The notes: a model not told the origin generated them from the letters alone. A stretch of 55,715 nucleotides of DNA, filler included, from Sphacelaria rigidula (GCA_964200075.2; 5 parts of 5 records of this genome joined end to end with filler, not necessarily neighbours in it); one strand, 5' to 3'. Shown: positions 35,395 through 49,629, counted from the first letter of the whole stretch. Numbers and translations are program-made.

Positions 35395-36430
35395 AGGGGA
35401 GGAGGACGTCCTCATTCATTTCTTGCCTTAGTCGTTTGACCATTGACCACGCAGCCCTTTCGAGACGGAGCACCGCTCCTACTCCTGATAGAGATGCCTC
35501 CAGCATTTCATACATCACACAAAAAACCTTTTACATATCTTATCCCCGTCCTGTTTCGCCGTCTGTGGTCACCGTCTATCTCCTAGTATGGCCATCGTTT
35601 TGTTGCTGCTGTCTAATACATCAAACGATTTCATGCCACCTCCGTTTACTTCCCGCATTCCCCCCTCTAGCACGGCCCGTTTCTCCTTGTTTAGTTCACA
35701 TTCTGCCATCATATGACTTCTGCTCTCTATTGCTGCCACAGAGGCAGTTCTGTGCACGTCTTTTCTCCTCCTTTCGACCACTGGTGTATCTCTTTCTTCT
35801 TTTGGTAGGTCCAGATCCCCCACCCGAAATCGCAGTTTCAAGATTTTCCCGGAGTCCACTGGGCCATGCAGAGATGTTTTCATTCCTATCCCCTCTCTCA
35901 ATCACTCGTATATCTTGAGGTGATCTTCCTCATCTACTTTCCGTCTTAGCGTTTCTCTTTCTCTTGTTTCCAACATGTCTCCTACTTTTGTCTTGGTTCT
36001 TCCGCATTCACCTATGGGCATGATCTCATCTTGGTTTCCTCCTATATCCTTCCATACGTTCTCGACTACTTTATCCCACCTTATTCCAGAGTGCCCTTTC
36101 GCAGTTTTCTCTCTTGAAGTCCTATTAACTAGGGCTGGCAATCTCTTTCTCTGCATGTTCTTGATGCTATATTGGCACTTCAATTTCCTCATGTCTCTGT
36201 TTTAAGTGCGTACATTCTCAACTCTCCTCTCAATCCTGGATTACTGTCGTTTTTGAACATCGAAGTATTTTCTTAGCTGCTGTCATCCGTATTGCCTCTT
36301 CACCAACTTCGCGTTGCCCTCCCATACTCCTCCTGCATATTACAGCTTTGGTACAACCGCATTAACCATGATACATTTATAAATACTAGTAACTAGGTGC
36401 GAGTCTCTCAGGATCACGTCCATCCTGCCC
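35395..36430 (-). mobile_element. 5'-truncated, degenerate non-LTR retrotransposon (LINE), post-RT C-terminal region and 3' end
   Basis: Frameshifted reading GRMDVILRDSHL...VVPKL*YAGGVWEGN...RKLKCQY...KRLPA...IRWDKVVE...LKLRFRVGDLDLP...IESRSHMMAEC...ILGDR...GAPSRKGCVVNGQTTKA. Confidence 0.85.
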
Positions 36431-37539
36431 AAGAAGGGGGGGGAGGTGATGTGGATACCAGAACATGTGAAAAAAAATTCTCGTGTCAATCAAGGAAATT
36501 CCCATCTCATGAGTAGTATGTTTGTGTGACACCCCTTGCGCTTTGAATGCAAGCTTATTCGAAGCGTCCCTTCTCCCTTGATTACAAAAATCATTGCTAG
36601 CAAAGATTTTGACTGGATAGATGCAGTAAGTCTGTATTTTTACCCTGATTTTATCAGGCGCATCAGCCCTAGGCGCTCGGAAGGCGTGTTCGGCAGAACA
36701 TGAGACATGACCGTGAAGTGGTGGATGTGGTGGCGTGCTTGTGGTTGAGATTCATTCGGGGTGGTTGCTCGCATCATACAGTGCAGGAGTAGTGTAGTAT
36801 ATGGCCGCCGTGTTTCCCCCAGTTGTGCGATTGACTTTCGGTAATGAAAGGCTAATATGCTGTACGCTGTCGTGTGTTGAGTGTGCTGTTTTGTCTAGTT
36901 TTTCAGCTCAACGCGTTCGAAATCTTTGATCACGCCTACAAGTTTATGAAACAAGATCATGTCACCGTCTGACTTCGTGCAGTATTATTGCGAGATAACT
37001 TTAGAGTTTCCGTCTGTGGTGCGTCATGAAGATATTTTCTAATACCGTGTTCTTATCGTTTACTCGTTTTTTTCTAGCATGCGGGGATATGGTGCCCTGT
37101 TAGTATGCTACTTTGTATAAGAAGTAGAAGTACTGTATTGAAGTGCTGTGGAGGGCAACAAAGCAAACGACGGACATGTTACCGAGACGGCACTGAGCCC
37201 ACACCGTAGCGTCGTACAGGTTCCCCGGTGGGGCGGCGGAATTCTACTGAGACGTAGCCAACTGCAATTTTGTGTTTTTTTACGCTGTTGGGCATGAGAA
37301 AGCGGTTCGGATGAATCTTGCGTTGCACGTCGGATGTGCATTTTGAGATCACTTGCCGCCGCGCCGAGGTGGTGTTACTGAAACATGTTGGGCCTGTTCG
37401 GTCGGAACGTTGAGGGTTCGGAACCCGACATATATGTTTTCCTTGTCTGCAACACAGTCTGGTTCTCGTCGTGAGAATTGTGAGCACTTGAATAGCAGGA
37501 AGAAATCCAACGACAGTCGATGCGGTGTAGGAGAATTGG

Positions 37540-37905
37540 TCATGATCCAATCCCGGACACCAAAATGTAGGGCGAGTGCCGGGAAATAGTAGTTGGGTTT
37601 ATTCCTTGGAGCTATGTTCTTGTCCTGACGAAGGGAGGGGTCGGGAGTGTAACGCGAGGAGAAAATCTCGAAGTTCGGGTAGGCTTCAATATTTGTTCAT
37701 GCATTCAAGGGTCGGGTGAATCATGATCCAATCCCGGACACCAAAATGTAGGGCGAGTGCCGGGAAATAGTAGTTGGGTTTATTCCTTGGAGCTATGTTC
37801 TCGTCCTGACGAAGGGAGGGGTCGGGAGTGTAACGCGAGGAGAAAATCTCGAAGTTCGGGTAGGCTTCAATATTTGTTCATGCATTCAAGGGTCGGGTGA
37901 ATCAT
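37540..37905. repeat. Near-perfect 181-bp tandem duplication
   Basis: Units start at 37540 and 37721 with one mismatch seen; tcat lies at all three junctions. Confidence 0.95.
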
Positions 37906-38238
37906 CGCTGATTCGTATCACCAAATCTACAATGTCGGAGGCATGATTGCTCGACAGACAGGAGAAAAATGACCGCGGGTAACAAGAGTCTCCACCCACA
38001 TTTTGCGCTGCTGCACGTGCCTCGGGTGCGCGTACCTTGGGTTGTAACGCTGTGGACAGAGCTCAAGGGTTGATTCGTACGGTACGAATTATTTACTGTG
38101 AAAGCAAGAAATTTTCAGACGAATCGTTGTTCGTCCGATCCTTGCATGCATTCGTCTTGTTTTCTTGAATTCGTCTACGTGTTCTCTTCCTGTTGTTTAA
38201 GGCCATTTGTCCCGCGCGCTACGTCGTTTGCAACACAG

Positions 38239-40762
38239 GTGCAGGTGAATATTTACCTGTTGGATTTCCATAAGCGAGAGGGAGACCAATTTACCTTCAT
38301 GGTGAGGGCATGAAGTCGTTTATCAATTCGTATATGTGTTTCTGTTGTGTCTCTTCACAAAACTTGGGTTAGCTCAAAAGTATCGCACCAGGGGATATAT
38401 TGCTTTTGTTATGACAGGGTTCACTATTTATAATTTATTCGCTCATTATTATTCATTTGTCGCACTTTGAACCCGTTCCCTTTCTCGGAACGAGTCCATG
38501 GTCTGAGGGGTTCAATGCATCTTTCGCCGGTGCACGCGTTGCATTATGGTCTCGCGTATTGGGTCAGCACTCCCGCACCGCGTCAACTCACGTCACACGA
38601 ACCCAGTCGACTACTTTGTTTACTCACGTCTTCACGCTTCCGATGGTAGAAATCAGATATTACGAAGAGAAAACCCAACGGATCGGGAATCGAACCCTCG
38701 TTCTCGTCACCCTAATGGCGACAGTCGGACCAACACACCACCGGGGCGCGGCGGCAAACACTTGAGGCAGTTATTATCAGAGGGGGAGGACCATTTTTGC
38801 AGTTGTTGTGTTGCTGCGTAAATGGCAGGTTTTGTAAGTGTAGGAGCTGATATTGGTCTGGTGCTACGAGTACTGTCTGTAAATCGTCTGTTGTGCTGGG
38901 GGGGTGTTTTTTTGCGTTTTTACACCAGCTCTTGCGGGAAATTCCTTAAACCCGCTTTTTCAGAAGATGCTTCATTTATATCTTCAGCTGTCTGTGCACA
39001 TTGAAAACTATTGTACCCATGTTGTTACTGCCCTTATCGTCATACTCCAGACGTTATGCGCGAAAATCATCATCCAGCTCAAGACGCTGAGCGCACAGAG
39101 CAAGATGCAGATCGGGCGACTGCCGGTAAGTTTATTACTTACATCCCTTTGTCTATGCGTTGTGTGTTGACCATGCTCGACGCTTCCGCCGTGTAGTTGA
39201 ATGCCACTCAGCACGCTCTGTAGTTGACTGCTCCTCAGTCACGTTTTTCGAAGGTGATCACCCGCGCGGGTTGTCTGGTTGACTGTGCCGCGAACGAACG
39301 GTTGGAGGATCTTTGAATCGTGCTGTTTTACTTACTCCCGGCGAGGCATACTGTTTTCAAGGGACATGCGCGGGAATCACAGCCTCCGTTTACTTCACCT
39401 GTATCAATTTGCAGGATGAGTAGTAGGTAGGAGAGTAGTCAAACGAACCCAGGCATCAAATCAGGTCCGTGTATCGGGGGTTGCTGATGAAGTGAGTTAC
39501 AATCGAAGCTCTCAAATCATTCGTGTGCATGTTGTATAGTTGTAGCTGAAATGTGACAACAAACTGATCGGCTGAGAATATTTTTGGCACAGCAGTTCAG
39601 AAGCACGAGGATTAGACCACCAAGAAGAATGGCGGGAAAAACTGTGAAACATCATCACACCTGACTGCCCCCCCCCTCGCTTTTTAGAGGGTATAGGTGT
39701 AATCGCAGGTAAGAGCACAGTCAAATTTCAAAGGAGTTGAATTCCAGGCGCAGGCTTTTGATGTGGCCGCGCCTTTTTTTTCCCCGAAGAATATGTAGCA
39801 CGTATACTGTCCAGTTGTACTGTCCAGTGAAGCGTCATTTTAAAGCTGTGCACCGTGTAAATTCGCTTTTATCCCACCCATTTCAATGTCCGTGACGTGA
39901 CACTATCTGGGTTTTTTTCTCACATCACGCCCAACAGTGGAGATAAAATATGTCGTGAGTGCACAAAAAGTCGACTTACGGTTGAGGAGGGAAAGGGGCC
40001 GCTGAACCCTTCTCGCGATAGAAAAAGGCAAGTACCGCACAAAGAGGGTGAGGTATTAGAGCATGATGAAGTTCAAGTGTCGTGTGACCCCGGAGGATGC
40101 GCCCACATAGACCGGAAGGTGTGGTCTGGTGTCCAGAATACACGTGGTGACAACACAAATACCCTCGTCCCAAAGCTGTCCGACGAAAACCCGGCGTGCT
40201 CCATCCCGGCTTAGTAGAGATGGGAGGTCAATGGTCATGTGACTATGGCATGCGAGATCATGAGTACACCCCCCTCCCCCTCTTCCCCCCCCCCTGCCCG
40301 CCCCAAAACATGTCCCATACCATGCATTTCCCCCCTCTACAGCAATCAATGCCGGTAGACCAGCGAGGGGTGGTGCAGGCTCCAGGGCAGGCAATGTCTA
40401 TCCAACAACAGCAGCAGATGCACGCACAAGCGGTGGCAGCAACGGGAGGGGTAGGCAACGTTTACGTACACCCGCAGCAACAACATCAACCACCACATCC
40501 GAATCAGCACCACTCGCATCACCAACAACAGCCGCAATTATCTCCCACCGGGGGAGCGGGGTACGGCCACCACCAGGGGCAACAGGTTTCACCTCAGCAT
40601 TACTTGCCACAGCCGCCTGTTTCTCAGCAGAGGGGGCCGGGGGGAGGGGGTGCGCAATCTCCGTTAGTTGCGCCCGCGCACCAGCACATTCAGCATGGAT
40701 ATGTGGCGGCGCCGGGAAGGGGGGGCGGTCAACAACGGTCACCGCGACAACGGTACGACTGA
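38239..40762 (+). CDS. SNF1: AMPK/SNF1/SnRK1 catalytic alpha subunit, last three exons (38239-38301, 39051-39125, 40343-40762); kinase domain not found in this contig
   Basis: Phase-0 GT-AG exons give VQVNIYLLDFHKREGDQFTFM|TLCAKIIIQLKTLSAQSKMQIGRLP|QSMPVDQ...RQRYD*. The YLLDF...F..LCA.II.QL pattern is the AMPK-alpha C-terminal signature. Confidence 0.8.
38430..38747 (-). mobile_element. tRNA-derived SINE, intronic
   Basis: Minus strand gccccggtggtgtgttggt (A-box-like), gggttcgattccc (B box, 38685-38697), a body shared with 22520-22612, and an A-rich tail. Confidence 0.75.
40182..40300 (+). repeat. Family B 3' unit with C-rich tail, just upstream of the last SNF1 exon
   Basis: gaaaacccggcgtgctcc.tcccggctt.gtag.gatg.gaggtcaatggtca...catgagtacacccccc. 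Confidence 0.8.
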
Positions 40763-43700
40763 TTGCTTGGCTGGTCGGCTGATCACTGATTTAGTTTAAT
40801 TTGTTGTTGGTTAGTGTATTGGCTGTGGTGTTTTTTCGTTCTGTATGTCCTTTTTTTCTATTGCTCTGTTCGGTGGGCCGCCCCCCCTCGTTGTGAATTT
40901 TTGGTATATATGAAGGCACAAGTGAGGGAAGGGAGGGGAAGGAAGGAAAAGACACATGACATAAATATATCACTTGAAATAATCGTGTGTTGATTGTCCT
41001 CGGCCTTATCGTATTTGTTCAAATATGGCCGACGGAAGTGTGCGGGGAGGAGAGAGACTGGGGAGTGGGGAAACCCGGTTGGGGTGAGTTGGGGTGAGGA
41101 GGGGTGGGGGGTGGTCGCCCGGTGATTTTGTAATCATTCGTTCAGCCGGGCTTGACCGTAGGTACAGCTGTTCTGAGTCACCGGCGAGACGAAGAAGAAC
41201 CGCTGATGCATATATGCCGATCCGATTCTACTCTTATGACGTAAGCATGGAGTGGCCATTTGGTCAGTATGCTCTAATGATGGGAGTTTTTGGCGGGGCC
41301 GGCAAGGGGGCACAAAAAACACACTCGTTAACATCCTCGCGGTGGTGCCCTTCGGGCGAGAATGGCGTTTGTCTATCAGCCACCGCATTTTGCTTGTATT
41401 GAATATCGAAACGTCAGCATGTGTCGACATCAGTGATAGGCAACAGCAGGGGGTAGGGCTGGACTTGTGTGGTCCTTGTTCAAAACTACTCCGATTGCCC
41501 ATGCAACGATATGACGCAATTCCTGCCTCCTGGGGTAGGGGTGCGGGCAAGGGGAGGGGGGGGTGCGGATTCTTTTTTATTGTACTGGTCCGCACGCGTG
41601 GCTGCGCGCACGTAGCGAACTACACTTACTCGATGATGAGGGGCAGTGTGAGCTGATTTGAGCAGGCCTGGGGGATTTTGAAGCAAGGGCGGAACCTGGT
41701 TATGCAGTTTTATATCACATTCAGGGTAATATGTCAGATCTGCGGCGCCTACTCGACCATTTTTTTGGATCTTGTTTTTCCAATGACGGCGACCTCAAGA
41801 ATTTCGGACTGATTGTGTGTGGCTGGCTGTTGATAGAGATTCGGGTTTCGAGATGGGTCGCGGACGAGGGCACTTAGTTTAACCAATCGGTTTGACGGAG
41901 CCTAGTACGGTGGTTGGTCAGTGGGACATGATATTTGTGTTACCTTTAGTGGCGTGTTTTTTCGACTGGCGTTTTGAATTCTTCGCTGGACGGCAATAGC
42001 ACGGCAGATTTTTTGTTGTTTTGTTTGTGTAGAGAGAAATCATAGGACATGACTACATGAAGGTTGGAGACTCAGTCGCGTGTATCACAAATCAGCATTT
42101 TTTTTTTCCCTCCTCATCACACGTTTTTGATGTCTATCAAACAAGCGCCCAAACGCGGTTTGTCCTCTTGATGTAGCACGCGTTTGAATTACAGAGCTAT
42201 ATTTTCCTTGGGGATGGGGGAGGATGCGGGGGTGCATCAGATGCGGTATGCCAGCTCACCGTATTGTGGAGGCGGATTGGAATGTAGCCAAATTGCTTTT
42301 CAAGTTGTCTGGTGTCTTATTCCTTCTGGAAAGGAGGCGGGTTTTGCCCCCCCCCTCCCCCCCCCCCCCACTTGTCAAGGTCCACTTCTCTTGTTGCCTA
42401 CGATTTTGTACGGGAGAGGGGGTGGGAGTGAGACGTTGGTTTCGAAGCAGAGAAGAGTGCCTATCGAGCGGTTGTGTATGTTGTTACCTTTGTTTAGTAG
42501 CGAGGTTTGGTTGGGGGCCGTGGAAGTGATACTGGGGGTTGGTTGAAAAGGAGTGCCACGTGAGAGCGCAAGCGGTCCCCATCTTCATGCTCGTTCTTTG
42601 TTTTCGAGTTTCCCCCCGCTGTATGTTTGGTGAACCCAAGTATACCCGAACGGATAAGTCTGTCGTTGAAATAATCATGTTGTTGCGATGCAAATGTATA
42701 TCTGGTTTTGACGCGAAGTTTTTTTTTTGTCTTGTTTTTTTCCAAGGTGAGTTATTGATGAGCTTGGACAACAGATGTGCATGAGAGCACTATGAAAACA
42801 CGAAACACGTGCGAATTGACTGGCATTTTAGCGCTCGAAGGACAGGTGGTGTGAGAACGGTCTTCTAGAAGCAGAAACTTCAGGTCGTTGCAAGCTGGGA
42901 GTGTGGTGTTGGCACCCGACGGGGCTGTGTCTGGAGTAGCGTCCCCCCCCCCCTCCTAGATATAGTCGTCAGGCTCGAGACGCAAATTCCCGAATTCTGG
43001 AGGCGGAAACCAGGCCGTCAGACGAATATTGCTGGGTACATCCGCGGAGCTCCAGGCCACGTTTTGAGTTTTATTAGTTCGATACATGGAAAATCTCGAT
43101 GGGAGCCCAAAATTTGACAGGTTGCGCATAACAGTATATACTGGTGAGTAATATCGGCGAAGTCGGATTTAGGCGGGGGATGCATGGTGGCGCAGGGGAC
43201 GAGAAAATTGCCGTCCCCGGGGGTGGTATCCACCATTTTGGCATATAGCGTGCGAATGGCAATGCATCGGAATAATGGCAAGTATTGTTAGGATACTTGA
43301 AACGTGGAAAAATATTGAGAAAATAAACACTTCCTCATTACACCCGGAGTTTTGCTGAACGCACCCCCTCCACAACATGATCACACGGGTGATATCTGTC
43401 GTTTCGGCAAGTTACACACGAAAGGCAATGCATTTCAACACACAAACGCATCGATAGAAAATGTAAGCAAATGAAGTGTTCATCCCCGACCCCCGTTCCT
43501 CCCCACCCCGAGATGAAAACGCTTCATGTCCTTCCGAAACGCAATGGATTGTGTCTACTGTTTTGGCCAGTTAGGCAGTGCCTTATCGGATTGTTTTCGT
43601 GTCGAAAACGTCCGGTCGAATCGAATTCCCTCGTTTCTGATTCGCCCATGCTCTCCACTCTCTCAGATGGTTGAGAACATGGATGTCGTGGACGTTTGAG

Positions 43701-44553
43701 GTAAGAGCAAATTCCATTCCACCGTACGTTCTCGAGTCGAAAACAATCTGATAGGACACGGCCTTACACATCAGCATGTATACACAAATGACGGGCTCCC
43801 TGAACACGCGAGAAGCATCGTCCAACCATGTTCATATCCTACTGGTTGAATACTCTATCTCCCTCCACCCCCTTTCCGCCGGGGATGAAATCAACGTATC
43901 GCCTTCCCGAAAAACTCGGCGGGAAAGGGTGCGTTGTCCGACGTTTGAGCGTGGTGCAATGGTAAGGGTGCACAATTATCTCCATAGGCTCGAATATGTG
44001 AAGAACCCTCTACCTCATCCAAAAAATGACCCATCCATGACGTATGTGAGAGCACGCCACGGTTAGTGTTCCACTGGGCCAGAGGTATCTCGAATGAATC
44101 TGAAAACGGGAATGTCCTGATCCATTTTCTTTTGTAGCTCGTAACTTTGGGATCCCCTGAATGAGAAAGATATGGGCCCTCATGTGCAACCCCTACCGTA
44201 GCATCATTCTTTAGCCCTTTGCGGCGGGGCAACAAAATTCCTGAACACGTCGTGAGACCGGTACCAATAGAAAGCCTACAATCAACCATATCTAGTGATA
44301 TATCCCGTGTTCTGGATGGAACTATAGACATACCGGGGAATATTATTATGTTGTTCCATCCCCTCCCGAAGTATGCGCAGGTTGTCATAATCTATGACAT
44401 GCTGCATACGACTGGTGACGCTGTTGAACACGCGCAAAGCAGACACTTTCTACGATAGCCCCCCCCCCCCAAACCAGCTCAAAAGTGTCACGAAAAAAAT
44501 GGCCATGCTGCGGCTGATGTTTGGGTTAAGACTGCATGAAGCGCCTTATATTG

Positions 44554-44653
44554 NNNNNNNNNNNNNNNNNNNNNNNNNNNNNNNNNNNNNNNNNNNNTTA
44601 ATTAATTAANNNNNNNNNNNNNNNNNNNNNNNNNNNNNNNNNNNNNNNNNNNN
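44554..44653. other. Artificial 100-bp assembly linker
   Basis: N44-TTAATTAATTAA-N44. Confidence 0.98.
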
Positions 44654-47600
44654 AGAACTGAAAAAGAAAACCCGATCCCGTCAGGAAAAAACCTTTTCAG
44701 CCACGCACAGACGTCGCAAACTCGTCTACTTTAGCAATCGAAAGCTCAAATCCTGAATATAATCAGTTCTTCGTAACCTATGCATGCTCCATTTCAACAA
44801 TTGTTTGCGTCAGTCAGCACAAAACAAATAGATATATGTGTATCAATCTCAATCATTACCAGTTCCCAACTCTTCCTTGGAACAACCAAAAATCACACAT
44901 GAATGCACAGTGGACACCCTTTTCTTACTCCTCAGTTTCCATGATGACATTCGAGAAACACACTCAACCTTCCAACACTCGAATATGTCAAAAACGCACT
45001 ATTCTCATGGTAAGAAGATGCTGTTGTCTATATGAAATTCGATTCAACATACCGTCTACAACACGGTCTACATCAGGCAAGTGTCCACATTCAACACGTC
45101 CAGTGACCGAAATATCATTCCACTAAAGAACAATAACATGACTCCTCGAAATAGTATGCAGAATAAACACTGCAAAATGAAAACTTGCAGTAGTGGTGTG
45201 TGTACCACTTCCCCTCGAGTTCGAGAACAAGATTCAAATTCAAATCGAATCAATTCGAGTTCAAATCGCTCAAACTAGAGGTATGCTCGAATACAAAAAT
45301 ATATAGGTTTCCCATCTGTCTCAACATAAGAACACAAGATCTGCTCGTGTTTGTACCACGCTGTATCCTAGAAAAACAACATTATTAGCCTCCCTGATGT
45401 CGACCATCTATCAACTGCCTAGAATAGTTGATAGAACCCATATCAGTGAAAACTTGCAAGCTTGGATCCTTTTAATATCAGAACACGAAAAAATCTCCTT
45501 CGAACCTCCTTCACTTCATAGACCCTAGAATACCTAAAGGAAATTAATGTACCAGTACACTCGTGCATTTCACAACAACTTGTACTGTTTATATCCCATC
45601 AGGGAGAAACTCGGAACATAGAACCAAACTCTGTAAGCACTAAAAATATTGTAACCAAAACTAGCGATTGATCAGTCCACTTAATTTCGAACTACTGATC
45701 TTTGATGCAAATTTCGCTCGTCATCCGGCCCGATAAATTCCCAAAATCGTCAAACTCATCGTCCCACTCTTAGAATATTTTATCTTTCACAAAAATCAAT
45801 CCCTGTACACCAAAGTCCAAGTGCAGGCAAAGAAGTCGGATAAGAAGTTACTCTGCATAAACAGTACACTCACCCAAATATCAGGACGGATATTACTCAT
45901 TGAATAAACGCCACACCCTGGAGAGAACATGATATAAATCACTCCGTATTACAACGCCCCTCCCCCCGATTCAATATTACATATTGATTTGCAGGGAGTA
46001 TTGCTTCCAGGTAGTACATGAAAACATAACATCGATGACCCCAGAGTCAATTATCGTGAGTTATCCTGGTGCATAGTCAGCCCCGCATGTTGAACGGCGG
46101 GTGGATAGTCAACTGTTTAGTGACACTCAAGACTAAAAACCGTTCTACTCTCGGAAGTATACTCGAGGTTGAATCCACGCCATGTTCTTTCCGTGATTGA
46201 AAATGTGCAACCCAAAATCCAGAGCCGGTGAATCACTTTGCCAAAAACGTTTTAGCGCGGATCGCAAAATATCAAATTCCCTTTTCGAAATCCATAACCG
46301 ATTAATTAGATTATCCAAAATACCCCGCTGTGGATCATCCCATCACTTGGTTTTTCTCCCAAAATACTCCGCTGTGGATAACCCCATCACATGAGTTTTC
46401 TTCGTTTTTAACTACCCGAAAAGAGAATCATGGAAGCAAGTAGTCAATTCCCCCCCCATTAGTTTCTTTCTCGGTAATTAAACAAAATCATCGCAATCAT
46501 GTGGAGGATCAAGTTTAAAAAATCATAACCAAACTACGGTAGTACTTCGTAGGGCGTAGGGAACAAAAACTGGAACAATGAAACAAAACAAATGCAACCA
46601 CGGGACGGTACACATGGTTGACATGTCATGTTGCTGCGAACAACGAGACGAAAACATTCCGAATCAAATGCAAACTCCCAAAGAAATCAAATGATAAAAA
46701 CCTAAATGCCAAAGCGTGTCTGGTTCCTGCCCTGGCTCCTGCTAAGCCCCCCGAGCGGTTGTGTTGTCGTCGCCCAGGCCGCGATCGCTGTTTTCGGTTT
46801 GGCTCTTGCGGTGTCGCGGTCCGGGCTTCGTCATTTGTGTGCACATCCGCCTGGGTTTGAAAGCAGTTGCCTCGCCATAAAGATTGGCTCGCATCACCGG
46901 GGGCAGGTCACGCGTAGCGGTAGAAAATAGTCGCAGAGATAAGTCGTCCGTTGTATTTCATGCAAAATTGCGAAAAGTATTTGAATACACCGTACATCCA
47001 TCATATTAAAGATGAAAGTCCTCCCCTAGAAACCCCTGCGTCTTTCCTCGCAACGCAACAAAAAATATACACGCAAGTATCCCAGGAGGTGGGGTACCAA
47101 AGAAAAGCATGGGACAAAAACAAATCCTGTGTTGACCCTCCTCCTATCACACTGCGGCTGGTGCGCCCTCATGTACCGAAAGGTATATACTGGCATCCAG
47201 AATGGATGGGACGACTCACACACGCAGTGGTACTGTACTCAACTGCACTCAATGTAGGTCACACAAGTTCATTGAGCTATACTATACTGTGGACCAAAAA
47301 TTTTGATCAACCGGGGGGAAAACATGGAAATATCGAGCAGTACATTCTTGCTCAACGTTTTTCTCTACATGTTTGTATGCGGGGAACCATGTACGCTCTA
47401 CAAATAGTATAAGCATGCTCAACAAACGATCTATAGAAACGAAAAAAAAAAAATCATTCATTGGTCCGCATTTGCCCACAACATGAGAAATGTACCGTTA
47501 TTGTAGAACAAGATACTTCGATCATGCGCAAATACAAAGCAGACTGTAATGCAGTACAGTCTACAAACAGTCATCAGCCTGGAGCACAGTATACAGAAAA

Positions 47601-48723
47601 CAGTTGAACATGAGAAATGCTACGTGAAATCATTCATAACACTTCGCAATTGCGTTTCTGTTTGCAGTCTGCGCGCTCAACGTGCTTGATAAGCGTCCAA
47701 TGTCCGACAACACAAAAAGCAACCGCATCTCATATCACGAGCCAATGTGATCTTGCCCTCCTGTACTGTACATCGCGGTCAGTTGAATTCACGACTTTTC
47801 ATACATTCAGTTTGGAACACAAGTAGCTGTGCACACAAGGCAACACGTCTGTATAACGCAACATCTCTCGTCGAAGTCATCTAGAGTCAAAAATGGAAGT
47901 TCAACTACCGTATATGACGGAATATAACACCCCCTTCTACAGTCAAGGGGATCATATCATTCTGCAGTGGAGAAGGGGAAAACCAGAGTCGCAAACACAT
48001 GAGAACCAAAGTAGGGCACACATAAAACATTCCAAAACCGCACTTGCGCTCCGTCTCATTACAGAGCGATCAGGGCGTGATGCTGAGTGGGAAAGCAAAC
48101 CAACACTGTACACTTTTGAAAAACTGGTCCTCGATCCAAACAAAGATGATGATTCATGAATTCGAAACATCACACCGGGCGACGTTTCAGCTACGCAATG
48201 ACGGTAGATGACGGAATATAACACGCTTACATGACCAAATATGAAATCACATCCATACCCTCGGGGCATTCATGTATGAAAGATATTGCATAGATGGGCA
48301 GGGCATAACAGTGATCCAACAAACAGGGGATGAAAGGGGGACAAAAGGGAAGGGCAACATATTGCCAACAAAAAACAATCCGACTGTAAGCCTGCAAAAT
48401 GAATCTTCGACACGCTACACGTGATGATATATCCACTTGGTGTGGCGTTGTATAACACCCCCACTTCAACAGAAGCGAGGACATATCACACTCTAGAAAG
48501 CGATAAAATACACAAACCAACTCGCAAACTAGAATAGAATGACGACCTATCGATAACAAAACATTCTTGAAGTCATCCTACTCTTCAATCCTGGTGGTTC
48601 CATCAAAATTCGATGTTCAATCGAAGGAACATTTTAGAGGGAAAACGTGCCTTCTTGAGCACTGCCGCTCGTGTTGAAGTAGGAGCTGGGAAGCTGATGA
48701 CGTTGTCGTCCCGGACGTGGCTT

Positions 48724-48985
48724 GTTCATTGGCGTTCGGATGCTAGAGTGGGTGACGCGCGTGTCGAGGGATATTACCGCTGCCGATCTTGGGTACCTCT
48801 TACTGCTACTCCGGTTAGCTCAAAAACACAAAATAAAGATGAATACATGCCTTCTGGGATATAAGCTGAGAAGCTCTGATTCTGTTGTCCTTGATATAGC
48901 TGCTCACTGGCGTTTGGATGCTCGAGTTGGTGACGCGCGTGCCGGGGGGTGTGTCCGCTGCCGGTCTTGGGTACCTTTCTGCTCT
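48724..48985. repeat. Diverged direct repeat (~85-bp core, 178-bp spacing)
   Basis: tggcgtt.ggatgct.gagt.ggtgacgcgcgtg...ccgctgccg.tcttgggtacct occurs twice. Confidence 0.75.
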
Positions 48986-49629
48986 AGTTACCTCTTGTGG
49001 CGCTGTGATGCTGTCCGTTAATGATGTTGTCCTTCTTGTTGTCTGCGGCCTATGCGCGTTTCGATGCCTCGTTAAAAAATCCGTTTTAACTCTCATTTTG
49101 CGGCAGCGTAGCCTGATCTAAGCCTACGACGTGTAACTCCCTAGCAGTCCGTACATGAGCCTTGACCCGGGTTTAATGCTAGCATAATAGAAAGCCTCAT
49201 GCACCGGGTGCGTTGTCGCGGGGAGCTGTAGGCCTGCCGTGGCCAGGTGAGACCAAATATCATTTATGTAATTATTTCACCCATTTATGCCCACTCTCAC
49301 ACACATAACACGCAAGTCTGAACACCCAACACCAAGACTGAATCAAGTGGGGTAGGAAATCGCTCATACAAAATCACACGTCATGATTCCATATTTTCGG
49401 CACGCGAAAAGGCGTGTGCCCCTAGTAGATTTGTACTGCGAGTACCACATCGGGTATACCTCAAATAACAGAACAAGTCTCTTGTTCGTAGTTCCCCTGT
49501 ATGTCATGACCCAATCTTGATATCAATTCCCCCTGTATCCAGGCAGATCGTGGAGCGTAAGTATAATCGATTAGGTACCCCCCCCTGCAAAAAAGAGGTG
49601 TGTTTCAAGAGGACATACCTACGTGCGCA

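Noticed and set aside
38670-38747. Functional tRNA gene
   Set aside because: No convincing cloverleaf, and it continues into a repeated body and A-rich tail, which fits a SINE head.
43583-44460. Possible decayed transposase frames
   Set aside because: No motif I could identify with confidence.
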